Assembly: GCA_030141605.1 (NCBI GenBank)
Contig: JAQGDQ010000148.1
Span: forward strand, 432,639-496,638
Reading direction: 5' to 3'
Source of the DNA: Tubiluchus corallicola
Taxonomy: Eukaryota > Animalia > Priapulida
Length of the DNA stretch: 64,000 bases
Below the pieces are notes generated by a model that ran no database searches, had not been told where the DNA came from, and saw nothing but the letters and a program-made list of their open reading frames with translations. Shown piece after piece: positions 42,501-56,400 of the stretch. The position numbers and the translations under genes were made by a program. Within the stretch, counting starts at the first letter, position 1. Each line of letters begins with the position of its first letter.

Positions 42501-45500
42501 GATGATGGCGGCGATGACGATGAAGAAGAAGAGGAAGATGAAGGACCTGCTCTTTCTTTTCAGGTAAAATTTTTATTTTTTTTGTGTGTGTCTATATGAT
42601 TTGCGTTAGATAATTGTTAAGCAGATTGCAATTTGTTCTTGTTTTTGATTTCGCTGTATTTAATGATGCCTGAACCCAGTTTATTTGTTTTTTTGTTCAA
42701 TTTGCTTAAACAAGCTTAATCTCTAACATTAATTTACTGCAATTCTTCTGCTTGCACGTTTGTTTCTGTACGTTTTCATTTTGTTTTTAGGAACAGGAAA
42801 TGGCCAAGCAGAAGCTGCTGTTCACGCAAAACCGCTTGGCTGATCGCAGTGTGGCTGAAATGGTGCTGCTAAACATCAGCGCTTGTCAGGGTGAACAGAG
42901 CAACATGATGCTTTGTAACTTGTTGCTCGCAATTGCTTTATTGCTGGATGGCAATGAAAGTGTGCAGAAGGTAATATAGTAAATTGCAAATATCTTGATT
43001 TTTAGCTTTATTTTGATGTATATTATAACTTTGTTTAATTATTAATGCTGTTCAAAAATTTTTATCCTGTGCCATCGTGTAGTAAATACTGAAATCTATG
43101 ATGTTACATGTGCTTATTGATTGTATCTTCATTAAATTAATTTCAATGATTTTTTTTATGAACTGAGTACTGCATCTTCATTAAATTAATTTTAATGAAA
43201 TTTTTTATGAATTGAATGAAAATTTGAATTGTAGTTTATTTGTCATCTCTAATTGTATTTGTAGTATGCTTAATTAACTATACCTTACTTCTGTATTTGT
43301 TACACATGCTATACAGACCATACTATTCTGCTATACCTTAAATGATTTTTACTCTATTTCTATTTCAGAAAATGCTGGCACATCTGCAGGAGAAAAAGGA
43401 CACCAGATTTTTTACTTCTGTTTCTGGTCTAATGGACAAATGCAGGTGTGTAATAGTTTTTGTTCTCTAAGCTTTTTTTCAATTAGTGTGCAAACTATTA
43501 ACTCTCCACACTAAAGAGATTTTTGCACTGCTCTCCATTTTTAAATAACATAAGTGCTAGGTTAATTAGTCTGTTATGTATCATTTTAGCGTGCTGGATC
43601 TTGATGCATTTGAGCGAAATACCAAAGCAGAGGCATTAGGTGTCGGTCCTGAAGCAGCCGGAGAACAGAACATGCATGATCACGTGGTCACCTGTAAACT
43701 GTTTCGTTTTATTCAGTTGTTGTGTGAAGGCCACAACCTCGGTAAGTGCTAAATATTCTTTAAATTTGCTTACAGTAAAGTGTTCTAAATATGGTTTTCG
43801 CATTTTCAAGATCTTGAGTCAACATCATTTTTTTCTTAAGAGCCTCAGTGCTGTTATTAACCTTTGTATTCGTCGGCAGATTTTCAGAATTATTTGAGGA
43901 CGCAGACAGGAAACACTTCAACGGTGAATTTAGTGATCTGTACAGTGGATTACGTGCTTCGCCTCCAAGAATCAATCATGGACTTTTACTGGCATTATTC
44001 CAGCAAGGAGGTTGTTGATCAGCAAGTAAGAACAGCAGTTTTTTAAAAATCTGACGACGTTAAATCATAGGATGTTAAATCATAGTTAAAAACAGTTGGT
44101 GGTTGTATTGTATCTGGCTGTCATCATTGGAAATTGTTTCGTCTATAAACTTCCATAAATAAAAAGTTCAGACAACTTCAATGTGTAGCTTAAATTGACT
44201 TCTTTTAACGTTTAATATGCGATTTCTTTCTGACGAATGTTTTACAGATCCATCATTGCGAAACATCGGGTATTAACTCCCCACCTGCTTGCTTAGTTTA
44301 ATTTAATTATATAATTTCGGGCAGGTGGCGCCACAGTACTATGGTGTTTAACTCTGATAAAATTAATAATGCCAAAATCCTCTACAGAAATCTATGAAGT
44401 AAAATTATGAAAACTGCTTGCCCTTAATCAGAATTAGTACTTCAATGTTTCAGTAGTAGATTTGTTTGCCTCATTTTGATTGGGAAACTAGTATCAATCA
44501 AAGTGCCCACTGTTAACATAACTATATGATTGTCCTCCTTACAACAAGACTATCACGTAACATGCACCTATTCCCATTCTTGGAAGTCTGGTCATGTTTG
44601 TCAGCTGTATATGTCATAGCTGTATAGTGCAGTTTGATCATGTGCTGATCAGTATGCTGGGTACTTGGGATTAACTGTCACTGACTATGCCAGATCCAGT
44701 GCAGTTTGCTCATGTATAACTGATAAGAATAGACCGGGGCCCAAGTTTTAAAAGTGGGGACAGGGCCAACACTGCAATTCTTGAGTTTTTGATTGTTTCA
44801 GAACTCTGATACAACAAATGTTAATTAAGTTATCTCTTAGATAATTTTTGCACAGCAGACTAATCAGAACAAAAAATGTTATTAAACATTAATTATCAAT
44901 AATTTTACAATATTTGTGCCAACATGGACATTAATTCACAATCTTACGCTCTGAAAATTTTCATAGTTGTAATTACGGTGAATTCAAGTTGTCATAGTCA
45001 CTGTCAAACTAGTTGTAGTAATTTACAGAAATGTTCTCATTCATAACTGAAATTAGTTGTAACCATTAAATGGGCTTAGTGCCAAATTTTTTAAAGATCT
45101 TCCCAGCACAAAATGTGTCATACTGTTTTAGTGGAAACCATTTGACTATAATTAATCAGCAAGTTACATGTTTGAATCTTAACCAATTTTTTCCTGAGTT
45201 TGTGTTTTCGACAGGGTCAGCTGAATTTTAAGAAAGCTATTAAAGTCGGTGCACAAGTATTTGCCACTTTGACTGAAATGATTCAAGGTCCGTGTTCCGG
45301 AAATCAGATGGCCTTGGCTCATAGCAGATTGTGGGATGCTGTGGGTGGTTTCTTCTTCTTCTTTGCCCACATGCAGTACAAACTTTCTAAGGTAGAATTA
45401 CAGCTGTTACTTGTGCGTATTAATTCTCTTGGCTATAGAATTAGTACCGTCAAATATACTGTGTTAAGTAAAAAAAACTAAATAAAATTTGTAGGTTACA

Positions 45501-47372
45501 TTAATTCTTATACAATTTCTCGCTTTTTCTTGATACTAAAAGAAATTATCACAAATCGTTGGTAATACACATAATCAAATGTAACGTGTGTAACAAACTA
45601 CATGTGTTTAGCTTGTAAGTGAAGAACTGTACGTAACTTGTTGGTATAAATTTTGTTTGTAAAAGCTCACATTGTTCGTGCTGATTTCAGAATGCCTCTC
45701 AGCTACAGTTGTTGAAGTCTATCTTACAACTTCAAAATGAGATGGTAACAATGATGATATCAATGTTGGAAGGTGCGATTCAGTTACTTTTTATTTTATT
45801 TATTATTACTATTTTTGTTTTTTCTACTATCACTTTTTTATTACTAATATCGATGTTTCACTAAGCAAATAAATGTTTTTTGTTCAAAAAATACCAGTGT
45901 TTGTGGTGTTCTCATAAAACAATGTCAAGTGAAATTCAAAAATGATAATATTTTCAGCTGTACTTTTTCATTTCTGTGCTCAGGTAATGTTATGAATGGA
46001 ACTATTGGAAAACAGATGGTGGACACTCTCCTTGAGTCCAGAACTAATGTAGAGGTATATATAATTATGTTTTTCGACTAATAGGAAGTATGTATATGAC
46101 ATGTCTTGCCTACACATGTCCTCTGAAATGGCTGTTCTTGTCTCCCCTTTTATATTAAGATTTTGGGATTCCAACTATCATTCTATTTATTAAGCTTTTC
46201 ATTCATTTGCATGTGAATCAATTACTGACTAAAATCTTGCACTGGTCATAAAACAAACTTTTTTCTCAGTAAAACCAGATAATTTTATAGGTAAGACATA
46301 GAACACCAGGATAGAGAAAATTATTCATTATTAATTAGTGATTGATTGTCATTTATTATTTTTTAACAAAAAGAGTATTTCAATTTTTTTTACTTTGAAA
46401 TGGTATGCCCTTTATTTCTTAGGACATAATGCTGAGAACAAGAAGTCAAATCAGGCAGTGCTAAGCCTGGTCATCAAATAGATATGTGACCACTGGGAAA
46501 CGTTTTCCATGCAGTTTCGTCTGCCATACTGACCTAGGCTGTTTCTTAATTAATAAGAATAATTTACTACGTTAATTAATAAGAGTGAACTCAAAAATGA
46601 TAATGCTTATATCACAAGTGTGAGTCCTAGGGTCAGTAATTAAATGCCTGTATATGCATTCTGTTGTTTTGTTGGCCTATTTGTTGCTTATGTTGTTGTA
46701 CTTTGCATTTCATAGATGATACTAAAGTTTTTCGACATGTTTCTCAAGTTGCAAGAAATTGTCGAGTCTCCCGGATTTCTGGTATGTAAGAGTTTATGTA
46801 CTTCTAAATTCTATCATCTTACAATATATGTCTTACATAAGTATGTCTAAAGAACTGCTAATTTTCTAAGACATTGTTACTTCAATAATCATAGTGAATT
46901 TACTTTGCTTGCTTATGTTGCATTTGGATATCATGCCGGTATTGTTGTTGAATATTTTTTAATTTTTTTAACGCTTTCACGTGGTCCAAAGGGTAAGTTT
47001 TAAAAATTTTGAAATAATGATAGTGGTAACGTATTAATAACAATAAAAGTTATTATTTTTCTAGCCGGTTTTTCTTTCATAAACTAATCACCACATGTGT
47101 TGGGATGACTGCACTAATTGTCTAATTGTGCTAGCAATATCACTTTTAATATGCTTTGTGTTCCCAAAATAAAACAGTTGTGCATTTTGATATTAATTAA
47201 TTGTCCTCTTTAGGAATATACAAGGGAAGGTTTTATAACTCCCAGAGACTTTAAAAGAGCCATGGAAGCTCAGAAAGTTTATACACAGTAAGACAACATT
47301 TCATTTTTCTTTATTGTATTCTAGATTATCCAAAGAAATTATACACCCAATATTTTATAAGTAGATTTATTG

Positions 47373-47407
<35 letters not shown>

Positions 47408-50400
47408 CAGCTTACTCGAGCTCTCCAGGAATCCTGCAAAATGTAGAACTTGATTTTGCACTAGTTTGTCTCCATTATCACAGTATCAGATATCCACTTG
47501 TTAAAGTACTTTGAAGAAATTGCTAATTATTGCACCCTTTTAAAACTTGTAAATTTGTGTTTTTATTTTATTTTAGAGAAGAAATAACTTTCCTGACGGA
47601 GTGTGCTGCCCCAAGAAATGCTGAGGGTAACATTGACTATAATGAATACTGTGAACGATTTCATAATCCTGCCAAAGACATCGGCTTCAACTTAGCTGTC
47701 CTGCTTACAAATCTGTCTGAGCACATGCCTAATGATCCCAGGTGATGTATTTTACTTTCACATTTCTTACACTATGAGTTGTTTTACAACCATAGAACTT
47801 ATTTTATATAGTACTAATGCTGTTTCTCTCAATGTCCAGGCTGTCACGGTTCTGTGAAAATGCTAGCAGCTTCTTGGAGTATTTTGAACCCACACTTGGC
47901 AGGATCGAGATCCTGGGCAGCGCTGGTCGTATTGAAAGAGTTTACTTTGAGATAAATCCAGATCACAAAACACAATGGGAGAAACCACAGATTAAGGTAA
48001 CAGTAAAGCAGAATTTACTCTCACTTGCATTATTTTCAGTTGAGTTCATTATGTTTCGATTATTATAATTTAAATGTTAAAAAAATAATTATTAAAAAAT
48101 CCCATTGTTAAAACCATGTTTGATAAATTTTTGTAAGGGACTTTTTTCATTCTTATTCTTGATCATTTGTGATTTTTATGGTGTATTAATGTATTTCCAA
48201 TATGTTGGTTTTGCTCAATGGCTTTGTGCTGTCCATGTTTGTATCATGCATTGATGTTTGAACTGTTTTAGGAGTCAAAACGATCATTCCTTCACAGTTT
48301 AGTTAATGAAGGTGGCGATAAAGAAAAACTAGAATTGTTTGTAAATTTCTGTGAAGATTCCATATTTGAGGTAAGTCGTAGCAATAATGCTCAAGTGTAA
48401 CTCAATCTTATGTTATTTTACTTTTTCTCGGAAATAGGTCACTTACGATTTTTTCACTACGGTCATTTCTAAAGCTAAAACTAATGTTAAATGCAGAAGT
48501 TTAGAATTCGGGAAACAAAACAGAACTTTATTGCAAGAGGCTAATAGCATTTCATATTGTCATTCAGGGCTCTCTGTGGTATGGTATCTCGAAGGGCTTT
48601 GTTAAAATCTATTCAAGTTCTATTCATTTGCACTTTTGGCTGAGTTGTAACTTCTAAACCGCCACAATTGCCGCCTTATTTTGAGATCGATTGATGTTTC
48701 TAAAATTATGCCTATACGTAATTAAACACAGTTATCTCTAATTTATGATGTACAGATGCAGCATGCCAGCAGCATTAGTCCCGAAGAGGAGGAGAGTAAG
48801 CCAACTGCGCCGGCAGACAGAGTCGGCATTATACGCAGGTACATTTATAGTTTATAAGCAGTTTTATATGAACAATTTGAAGTTATTCTGTACTCATTGC
48901 CTTTTGATCTTACCGTTTTCCTGCATAAGCTTTTAGTACTGCAACTTGCATATTGCTCAGCTAGTGATTACAAAATGCAAAGTTTAACATAGCATTCTTT
49001 AAGTGACATTTTTGGGTGGCTTCATTATTTTATTTCTTGCTTCGGTAATCAATATCAAAAACTTTGTAATATAATGCTTCATAGATTTTTGTAGTTTGGT
49101 TTTTACTAGAATTAAACTTCATATACTGCAGTTATGTGACTTATATTAGTTGATGAAATAATATAAAAGCACAAAAACTTAATCTACAGCATTAGTATAG
49201 TTCACTCTTGCATTTTTTAATAATAATTCCATCTGTTAATAATAATAATACAAAAGACATGTATGTACGTATCCACTCTAGTTTTCAACATCCATGCCAC
49301 ATACCACACCCTGCCAAGTATTTATGTTGTTTCGATCTTCGTGGCCTGGATGGTGGCCACGTGGTTTTCGTTTCTTCATACATTAGTATTTTTTACAGGT
49401 CCCGGTAAAGATTTACATTTTTTAGGCAACTCGCCAAAAATGTTTGTAAAGCACCCCGTTAGTTAATCCCTTTCTTTTAACAAAATGCTCTCTTTTACCA
49501 GGTCTTCATCTGGTCGGGTTGGTAGAAAAAGAGAAAACTTGCACTGTGTTACTGAAATGGCCTGCAAACATAGCAAGCAGCAAGTCAAGGGTTTTTTGTT
49601 ACATATTTTAATATTTTATTTAATTTCAGCAAAGTCATTGAGCCTGTAAAGGCAGGTATTGGCAGTGTCTATGTATTTATCATGAGCTTCTTGGTACTGC
49701 TTCGCTGGTCTAATATAAGGTAACAAAAAATTGTTGTTTTTAATTACATGGAGTGATTATGGAATCAAACTGTACACCATTTTACGATACTAAAATGATA
49801 ATAGTAGCTGAAAAAGAATGCCATCAGTTTCTTATTATAAGTGATGAAACACTGATAATGGTACCCTTGAATAATCATCTTAACCTGTGATAACAGCAGG
49901 AGGGCAAAATTTCTTTATTATTTCATTTTTCTTTTTGAATGTTGTTGATTGGATTATATAAAACTGCTGCAATTCATTATAATTCTAATTAAATTACAGG
50001 AAGCATTATCAAATGATAAGAAAGATGAATCGCTATGAGTTAGCTGTTGGTGCTATGAAGCTCACTTGGTACTTAATAAACAGGTTCTTCTGGATTACGT
50101 ATCTAACTCTTGAGTAAGTAACTTCATTTTCACTGATTTAACCAAAAGTGTTTTACATATAATGTGAAAAGATTTATCTCTTTCAGTTTTGCCAGCTTTG
50201 TAAAAATTGGTTATGTAGTTACATAGTTACTGCAAGATTGGTTTTTACTGAAAGGGTTGATTTGGTCATGCTTCATTATTCAACTATAATTTTAATGGTT
50301 TTTTTGTGTATCAAGTATAATGTTGTCAGGACAGTTTATTTTTTTGATAAATTAATTAGAAAATTTGGCAACAAACATTAACAAAGTTCTTCAGTTTAAA

Positions 50401-53400
50401 GCATTTTCTTTTCAAGAAAATGGTGAGGATCAACGTTTCTTATCTTAATTTTTTAATGATGCTGATTCGAATTTATACTACACACTGCTAGTCTTCACTG
50501 TTACAACTTACACTACAAGCAGTAAATAAAGTTGCTTCGTAAGACACTATAGGTCATCAAGCAGTTAACACTTTATTAACAAAATTTAAATAAGTAGTCG
50601 TGGTAAATGCTTCTATATAGTGGGCAAAAACAAGCTTCATAGAAAGATTCCTTTTTTCCCAGTAATAAATTCGTTAATGCAGGTTGTTATCTGAGAACAT
50701 TTAATTAACTTGTAACCTATTTAATAAAGAAATAAACAAATTGTAGTAATTGATGTGTAATTAAGTAATCAGAATTTTAATTAATTAGTCCATTCAAGTT
50801 GTGGAATATTTTACTTTTAGGACCTTGTATAATTTTATCTCTTTGATGATGAGTGGTGCACCACGTGTGAAGGAAATTAAAGTACCGGAACATAAACACC
50901 GCCATCATAAGCATTTACCACACTCTCCAGTTAGCGACATTTTCTTTGACGATTTTCAAGGTCCGCAGTCAGTCTCAGCATTTGGACTTTCCATCAAAAC
51001 GCCAGAAGTGGAACTTGTGTAAGTAATTCTGGTTACACACATCAATACACTTTATTGTTGTTTTTTGTGGAATATTACCAGTAAATGCATTTTGATTTTC
51101 CATATCCTAATATTACTACTTATGGTAATGCAGCATGCAGCAAACTCCTTACAGTCACCATAAATCAGAAAGAGTATAAAAAACTTGCAATAACATTCTG
51201 AATTACCTGTTTTTCTTATGGTGTGTAGGCATGCAATGATACTGTGTGTAATGCGTAAATTTTCACAGAGTAAAAGATGCATCCTGTGTTTTGAAAATGA
51301 GACGAATTATTGGCATTAGAAGAAGTTTATATTTCTGAGCAGTTCATTCTGGTTTCAGCTTAGTCTTGGTATCGCCACAACAAGAAACATTCGTTTACTC
51401 ATCAAATAACAACCAACTTCTTGTATAGATCAATTGAATTGGAATAACAATAAAGGCTTAAATTTATTTCATGTGCACAAAAATGTTCAATTCTGAGTTT
51501 GTTGGTTTGTTTATCAGTCTTTCATTCTTACATTTATACTTTTCTGTATTTAGACCAAGTGCTGCTGTAGTCTATGCACCTGAGAATGCTTTAGTAGATC
51601 AAGTCGACAGGATGGAGCCAAACGGTGATGTGAAGCATCTACGAGAAGAACAAATGAGTGACGGCATGATACCTCACATGGATTTAGAATTATCACCTGT
51701 AGCTGTAAGTGCACCTCTAATTTGCTTACGTCAGCAACTTTGTTTACTACTTTTCCAAGTCATTATGATTCACTGAAGCTCTTTTTGGTGGCTTCATTTG
51801 ATGTATCTACATCTGAAAAAATGTAAAAATAAACACATATTTCTTACCTACTTATGACAGCATTTTATGAAATCATGTTGACATAGCTGTTCAGTTTCCT
51901 TGAGGTAAGTGAAAAGAAGCAGCTAAAGTACTTACAATTAGCTTTAGCATGTATTAATAACAATTTGCCTAAGGCACTGCAAAGAGATAGTGGACTGATT
52001 GCATACCTGTATGGGTGCATACAGTTTTCTACACTAACTGAATGTGGAAAATATCAACTCTTGGATGCTCGCTTCAGAATTTTATTATCCCACGTGTATT
52101 CATTGCTTCATTTTCCCCATCAATGTATTTAACATTCACGGAGTAATGTTTTGCTGTAACTGTAGTCTAGTAGGAGAGATATTTAGGAGATATGTCTGCA
52201 TCACTTTTTCTAAATGTGGTGTTTTAAATATATTAATATTCCATTTAATGCATAAGTAGTGTACTTGTCAATGTCGATGACTTTAAGTTGTCAGTGCTAA
52301 GTAATGGTAAAAGTAAAAAGTTTAACATGAAAGCCTTCAAACCAATATGCACTTCATGTTGTATATGTAGTGCCTTTATAACTCAGTCTTGTTTATTTAT
52401 TTTAGTTTTAGTGTCATATTCTATGTTTAATGTCCCAGCCTTTTTAAAAATGAATTGTTTAAATGCATTTTTTTCGATTTTATAAAAACCCTTTCATTGC
52501 TCATGATTTGCCGAGTATGATCTGCTGGTTGATATTGTGGTAAAATATCTGGCGCTTTTGCATTTCTCAGTAACACGCATCGTTACAGTACACTACTTGT
52601 CCAAACATGCTATGTACAGCATTGTAATATATCTTTGATGTTAGTAGCTGTTTATTATAAATGACTGTTCAGACGTGATAGCAGTTTAGATTTACCATTC
52701 TTATTGTTGATTAGATTATAAAGAACTTTGGAATGATATGACTTTTATTATTACAGCAGGAGCTAGAGGTACCACAGCTGGTTATGCCGTCAAGATCCAA
52801 AGAAGCTTTGAATGCTCCAGTTGATGAGCAGATTTATAGGTACTTAGTCGTTTAATCTATCTGTTTGTCATTCATAAGTGGATATTGGTATATTTGATGT
52901 GAAGTAACATTTGCAATCTGCTGAAGCCACAGTTGATTTCAGATCTCATGCACTGTGCCCAGGAAGAGCATTATGCTACAAATAATTACGACGTTTGTCA
53001 AATGTATCACTCTGTTTCTGATAGTATCGACTTCTCTACGATTTTAATCTTTTATTGTTGTATAATTATTTATTAGTTGGTGGGTCGGGCACTTAGTGCT
53101 TGTGACCGCTTTATGCTTTAAATTAGCATGATTTTATTGTTGTCAAAGTTACTTTTGTCGTGACGAAGCAGTTGAGAATTTGAGTGGTCTTTTGGGGAAT
53201 GCTTGATTTGTCGGTTTTATGAGTTTGATGTTATAATTGACAGATTTTGATGTATTTAAAGCATATTGTATCAAGAGAAAGACTGAGAAATGTCAGCTAC
53301 AAAGGTTTTTTTATTATTATAATTTTTTCTAGATGCACAGCAGTCCCATTGTGTAATTTAGGAACCAATTAGTTATAATTCCGTGAAAAATACTTGTTTA

Positions 53401-56400
53401 GTGTTCAGGTACTTAGTTTGTAAAAAAGAAATGTGTCTATATTGGTGCTGTGCAATGTTTGATTATACATGTTGCAAATTTTAAAACTTTCCCTTTCAGT
53501 GGTGAAGAACCAGTGTTGGTTACAGGACCAGCAGGTGGGAAAGCAAAGGAGAGTGAAGAAGTAGAGGGGGAGGGTGGCACCGATTATCAGCAAGCCATAC
53601 TGGTGAGTTGTGAGCAGATTAAAGACAAGGATAAAGCTTGGATAGTTTGTTGTGCCCTTGAGGGGGTTAAGCTAGATTGCAAAGAGATTGCATTAAGATG
53701 AAATTTGGAAACAAATTTTTTGGCATTGTGTTTATTGTTAGGAGAATAATTGAGAAAACTGTGAGCGTAAACTGTAGTTATGTGAACTCAAATAAATTGA
53801 AATTCGAATTCAAAGTCTTAGAACAGTGTGATTTTAATTTTGCTTAAATTTAAATAGAAAGTCTTTTAAATTTCTGTTAAATTTCAGCAGAAGTATTAAA
53901 TTCAACAATTAATGCAAAGAGTTGAGTGAGATTTGCTACTACTACTTGCTGATGTGGAAAATTTTTGATGTTTTTGGATTTTGTAATCAATTTCTTCATC
54001 TTTCAGCTCTTGCATGTGCTGTTTGTAGGTTATAAATTATAACTGGCCACCGCTCTGCTGCTTCTGCTTGATATTATTTACATAAAAGCTTTGCTTTTAA
54101 CAAAAGTACATCATTCAGCCTATCAGTGCATTCAAAGGTTTTGACTTGCATTATAATTTTAGCTTTATCCTGCTTAGTTACCATCTTTTAGAGCAGTATA
54201 TTAACTGTTTAGGGAATAGTCAACTAATATTGCCCCCTTTCTTTCAGGTTGTACGATTCCTGCTGTCTGTCAAGGTTAGCTCTGCGGCATTGACGCTGTA
54301 GAATATTTAGCCATAGTTCAGTTAAAAGTTTTCAATGCAAAAGGCGCATGCTTGACTATTGTTTAATAGCTGCCTTTATATAATAAATTTGTTTTTATTT
54401 TATATGTCCACTGCTTATGCGAATTGTTCTAACTTACATTTTTTACAGGATTTGTGAGCATGGACTTGAGGACTACTTTGTGTCTCATTTATAATTAGTG
54501 TATTGTGACTAGACTTCAAAATTTTCATTAAGTTTTTAACAATATACATAACAGCATGCCATTCAGTAACAACTAACAAATTGTCAATTGGCATTTAAAT
54601 TATGTTTCAAAGGGAAAATCTCCTCGAGCAAAATAAGAAATCTTTAGCGCAGAGTAAAATATGAATTCAGCATACCTCAGACAGCATTAAATTTTCAATG
54701 TCTTACTTGAAAAATTTAAATTTTTGTAATTCAAGATTGGCCATGTTGCTGTTTTAGATATAATGCCATTATTATAGAATATAGAGCACATTTACATCAT
54801 TGAAATGATTGCAACTGGAAATAATATATATATGTATACATGCATTGATAATTTTTGTTATATTATTCGTAATTTTGCCATTTTTATATTTAGCATATAT
54901 ATAGTTCCTTTCAAACCAATAAAAAAAAAACAGGTTTTGTATAACCGAGTGGTTTTGCAGCTAATAAGTAGGCATGTGAAGGTCTTTTTTTGGTGATTTT
55001 AACATAGTAACAATAAGCTTTATCAAGGTTCCACAATTGCAAGATGCCCTTCTTTTGTTCGTAATTTTGAAATTTAAATCATTAAAATTTTAACATGTAT
55101 TTACCGAAATGATTTTTTTTCTGTTGCACATTTCCCATATATTAACATAATATCTTCACCCGTTGTTTATCAGTGTAATTATTTTAACCATTCAAATTCT
55201 GAAAGTGCAGTCATTCACAAGATAATTATTTTCCATTGGCAACAAGATCAATATTCACTCAGTTACTTACCTGTCTAAACAACATCTGCATGTTCTCTGG
55301 CCAATTATTTTCACATCTCTGTTTGTTATTTTTGTATCAATATTGCACCATTTTCGGACAAGAATTTTTGACTTCTTTTAATATCTCACTGACCAGTTCA
55401 CAGTTGCTAAATAATAAAGGTTGTTAATGAATTTAATCTTTCTTTTCTTCACTTACCACAGGTCTTTCTTATTCTTTTCTTTAAACTTTAGAAAAATTTC
55501 CTTGAGTAATAATAATTTATTAGAAAAATTGCTATATATAGTTGGTCATCTTATTTGTATTGCATATAATAAAATCTTATAATTTGGTAGCTAGTTTTTA
55601 ACTGTTCACAGTAGAGTAATTAGTAATCTACTCAAATTAATCATGAAATTACCATGACTTAATACTGCTGCTAAGGATAATATATAACCATCTTTTAGAG
55701 ATTATCTGATTTATGATCTTGCGTTCCTTTACGGTCCCACTCACACATGAAAGACGTAAGGATAATGTATGGGTGTCTATAATTGTTGTATCAAATCTTA
55801 CATTAATAATTCATGTCATTTTGCAGAGTTTCTTGGCAAGGAATTTCTACACACTGAAAACATTTGCTTTGGCTTTGGCATTTTGCATAAACTTCATATT
55901 GCTGTTTTATAAGGTTTGTGTTTTAATTACTGTGGAAATGTATATCTGTTACTCGATTTTTAACTGCTGCAGAATTCGGTCTCCATTCGTATTCCTAACT
56001 TGGGCGGTAAATGGATAGGCGACTGTTAGGGGCATAATACTAATTGCAAAAAGTGTTTTAACGTATTGATTCTGGTTATTTCACACATTTATGGAGGATG
56101 TATTCATTTCCAGACGTGCCTAAGATACATCTGCCAGTACAGTGTCTTATTTTAAAGGGTCAACCAAATGATGAGCTAGCTTCCGGTCCTGCCACAACCA
56201 TCCATATTAAGCAAACAGGTGGAGCTTTTCCACTGAGTGTTGGATTCCATTTAACAATATGCTGAACTGATTATTAAAAGCTACTTTATAGTTTCAAAGA
56301 TGATAACACATTGCTGATTTGTCATTCGTCTGACTGCTGGATCACAGACCATCTGTGTGTTTCAACAAAAATTGTGCACCTTGATCATTTAATTTCTTTA

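Noticed and set aside
54449-54453. cag|gattt|gtgagc 5-nt exon-like site
   Set aside because: Frameshifting with no partner exon; cannot be distinguished from chance.
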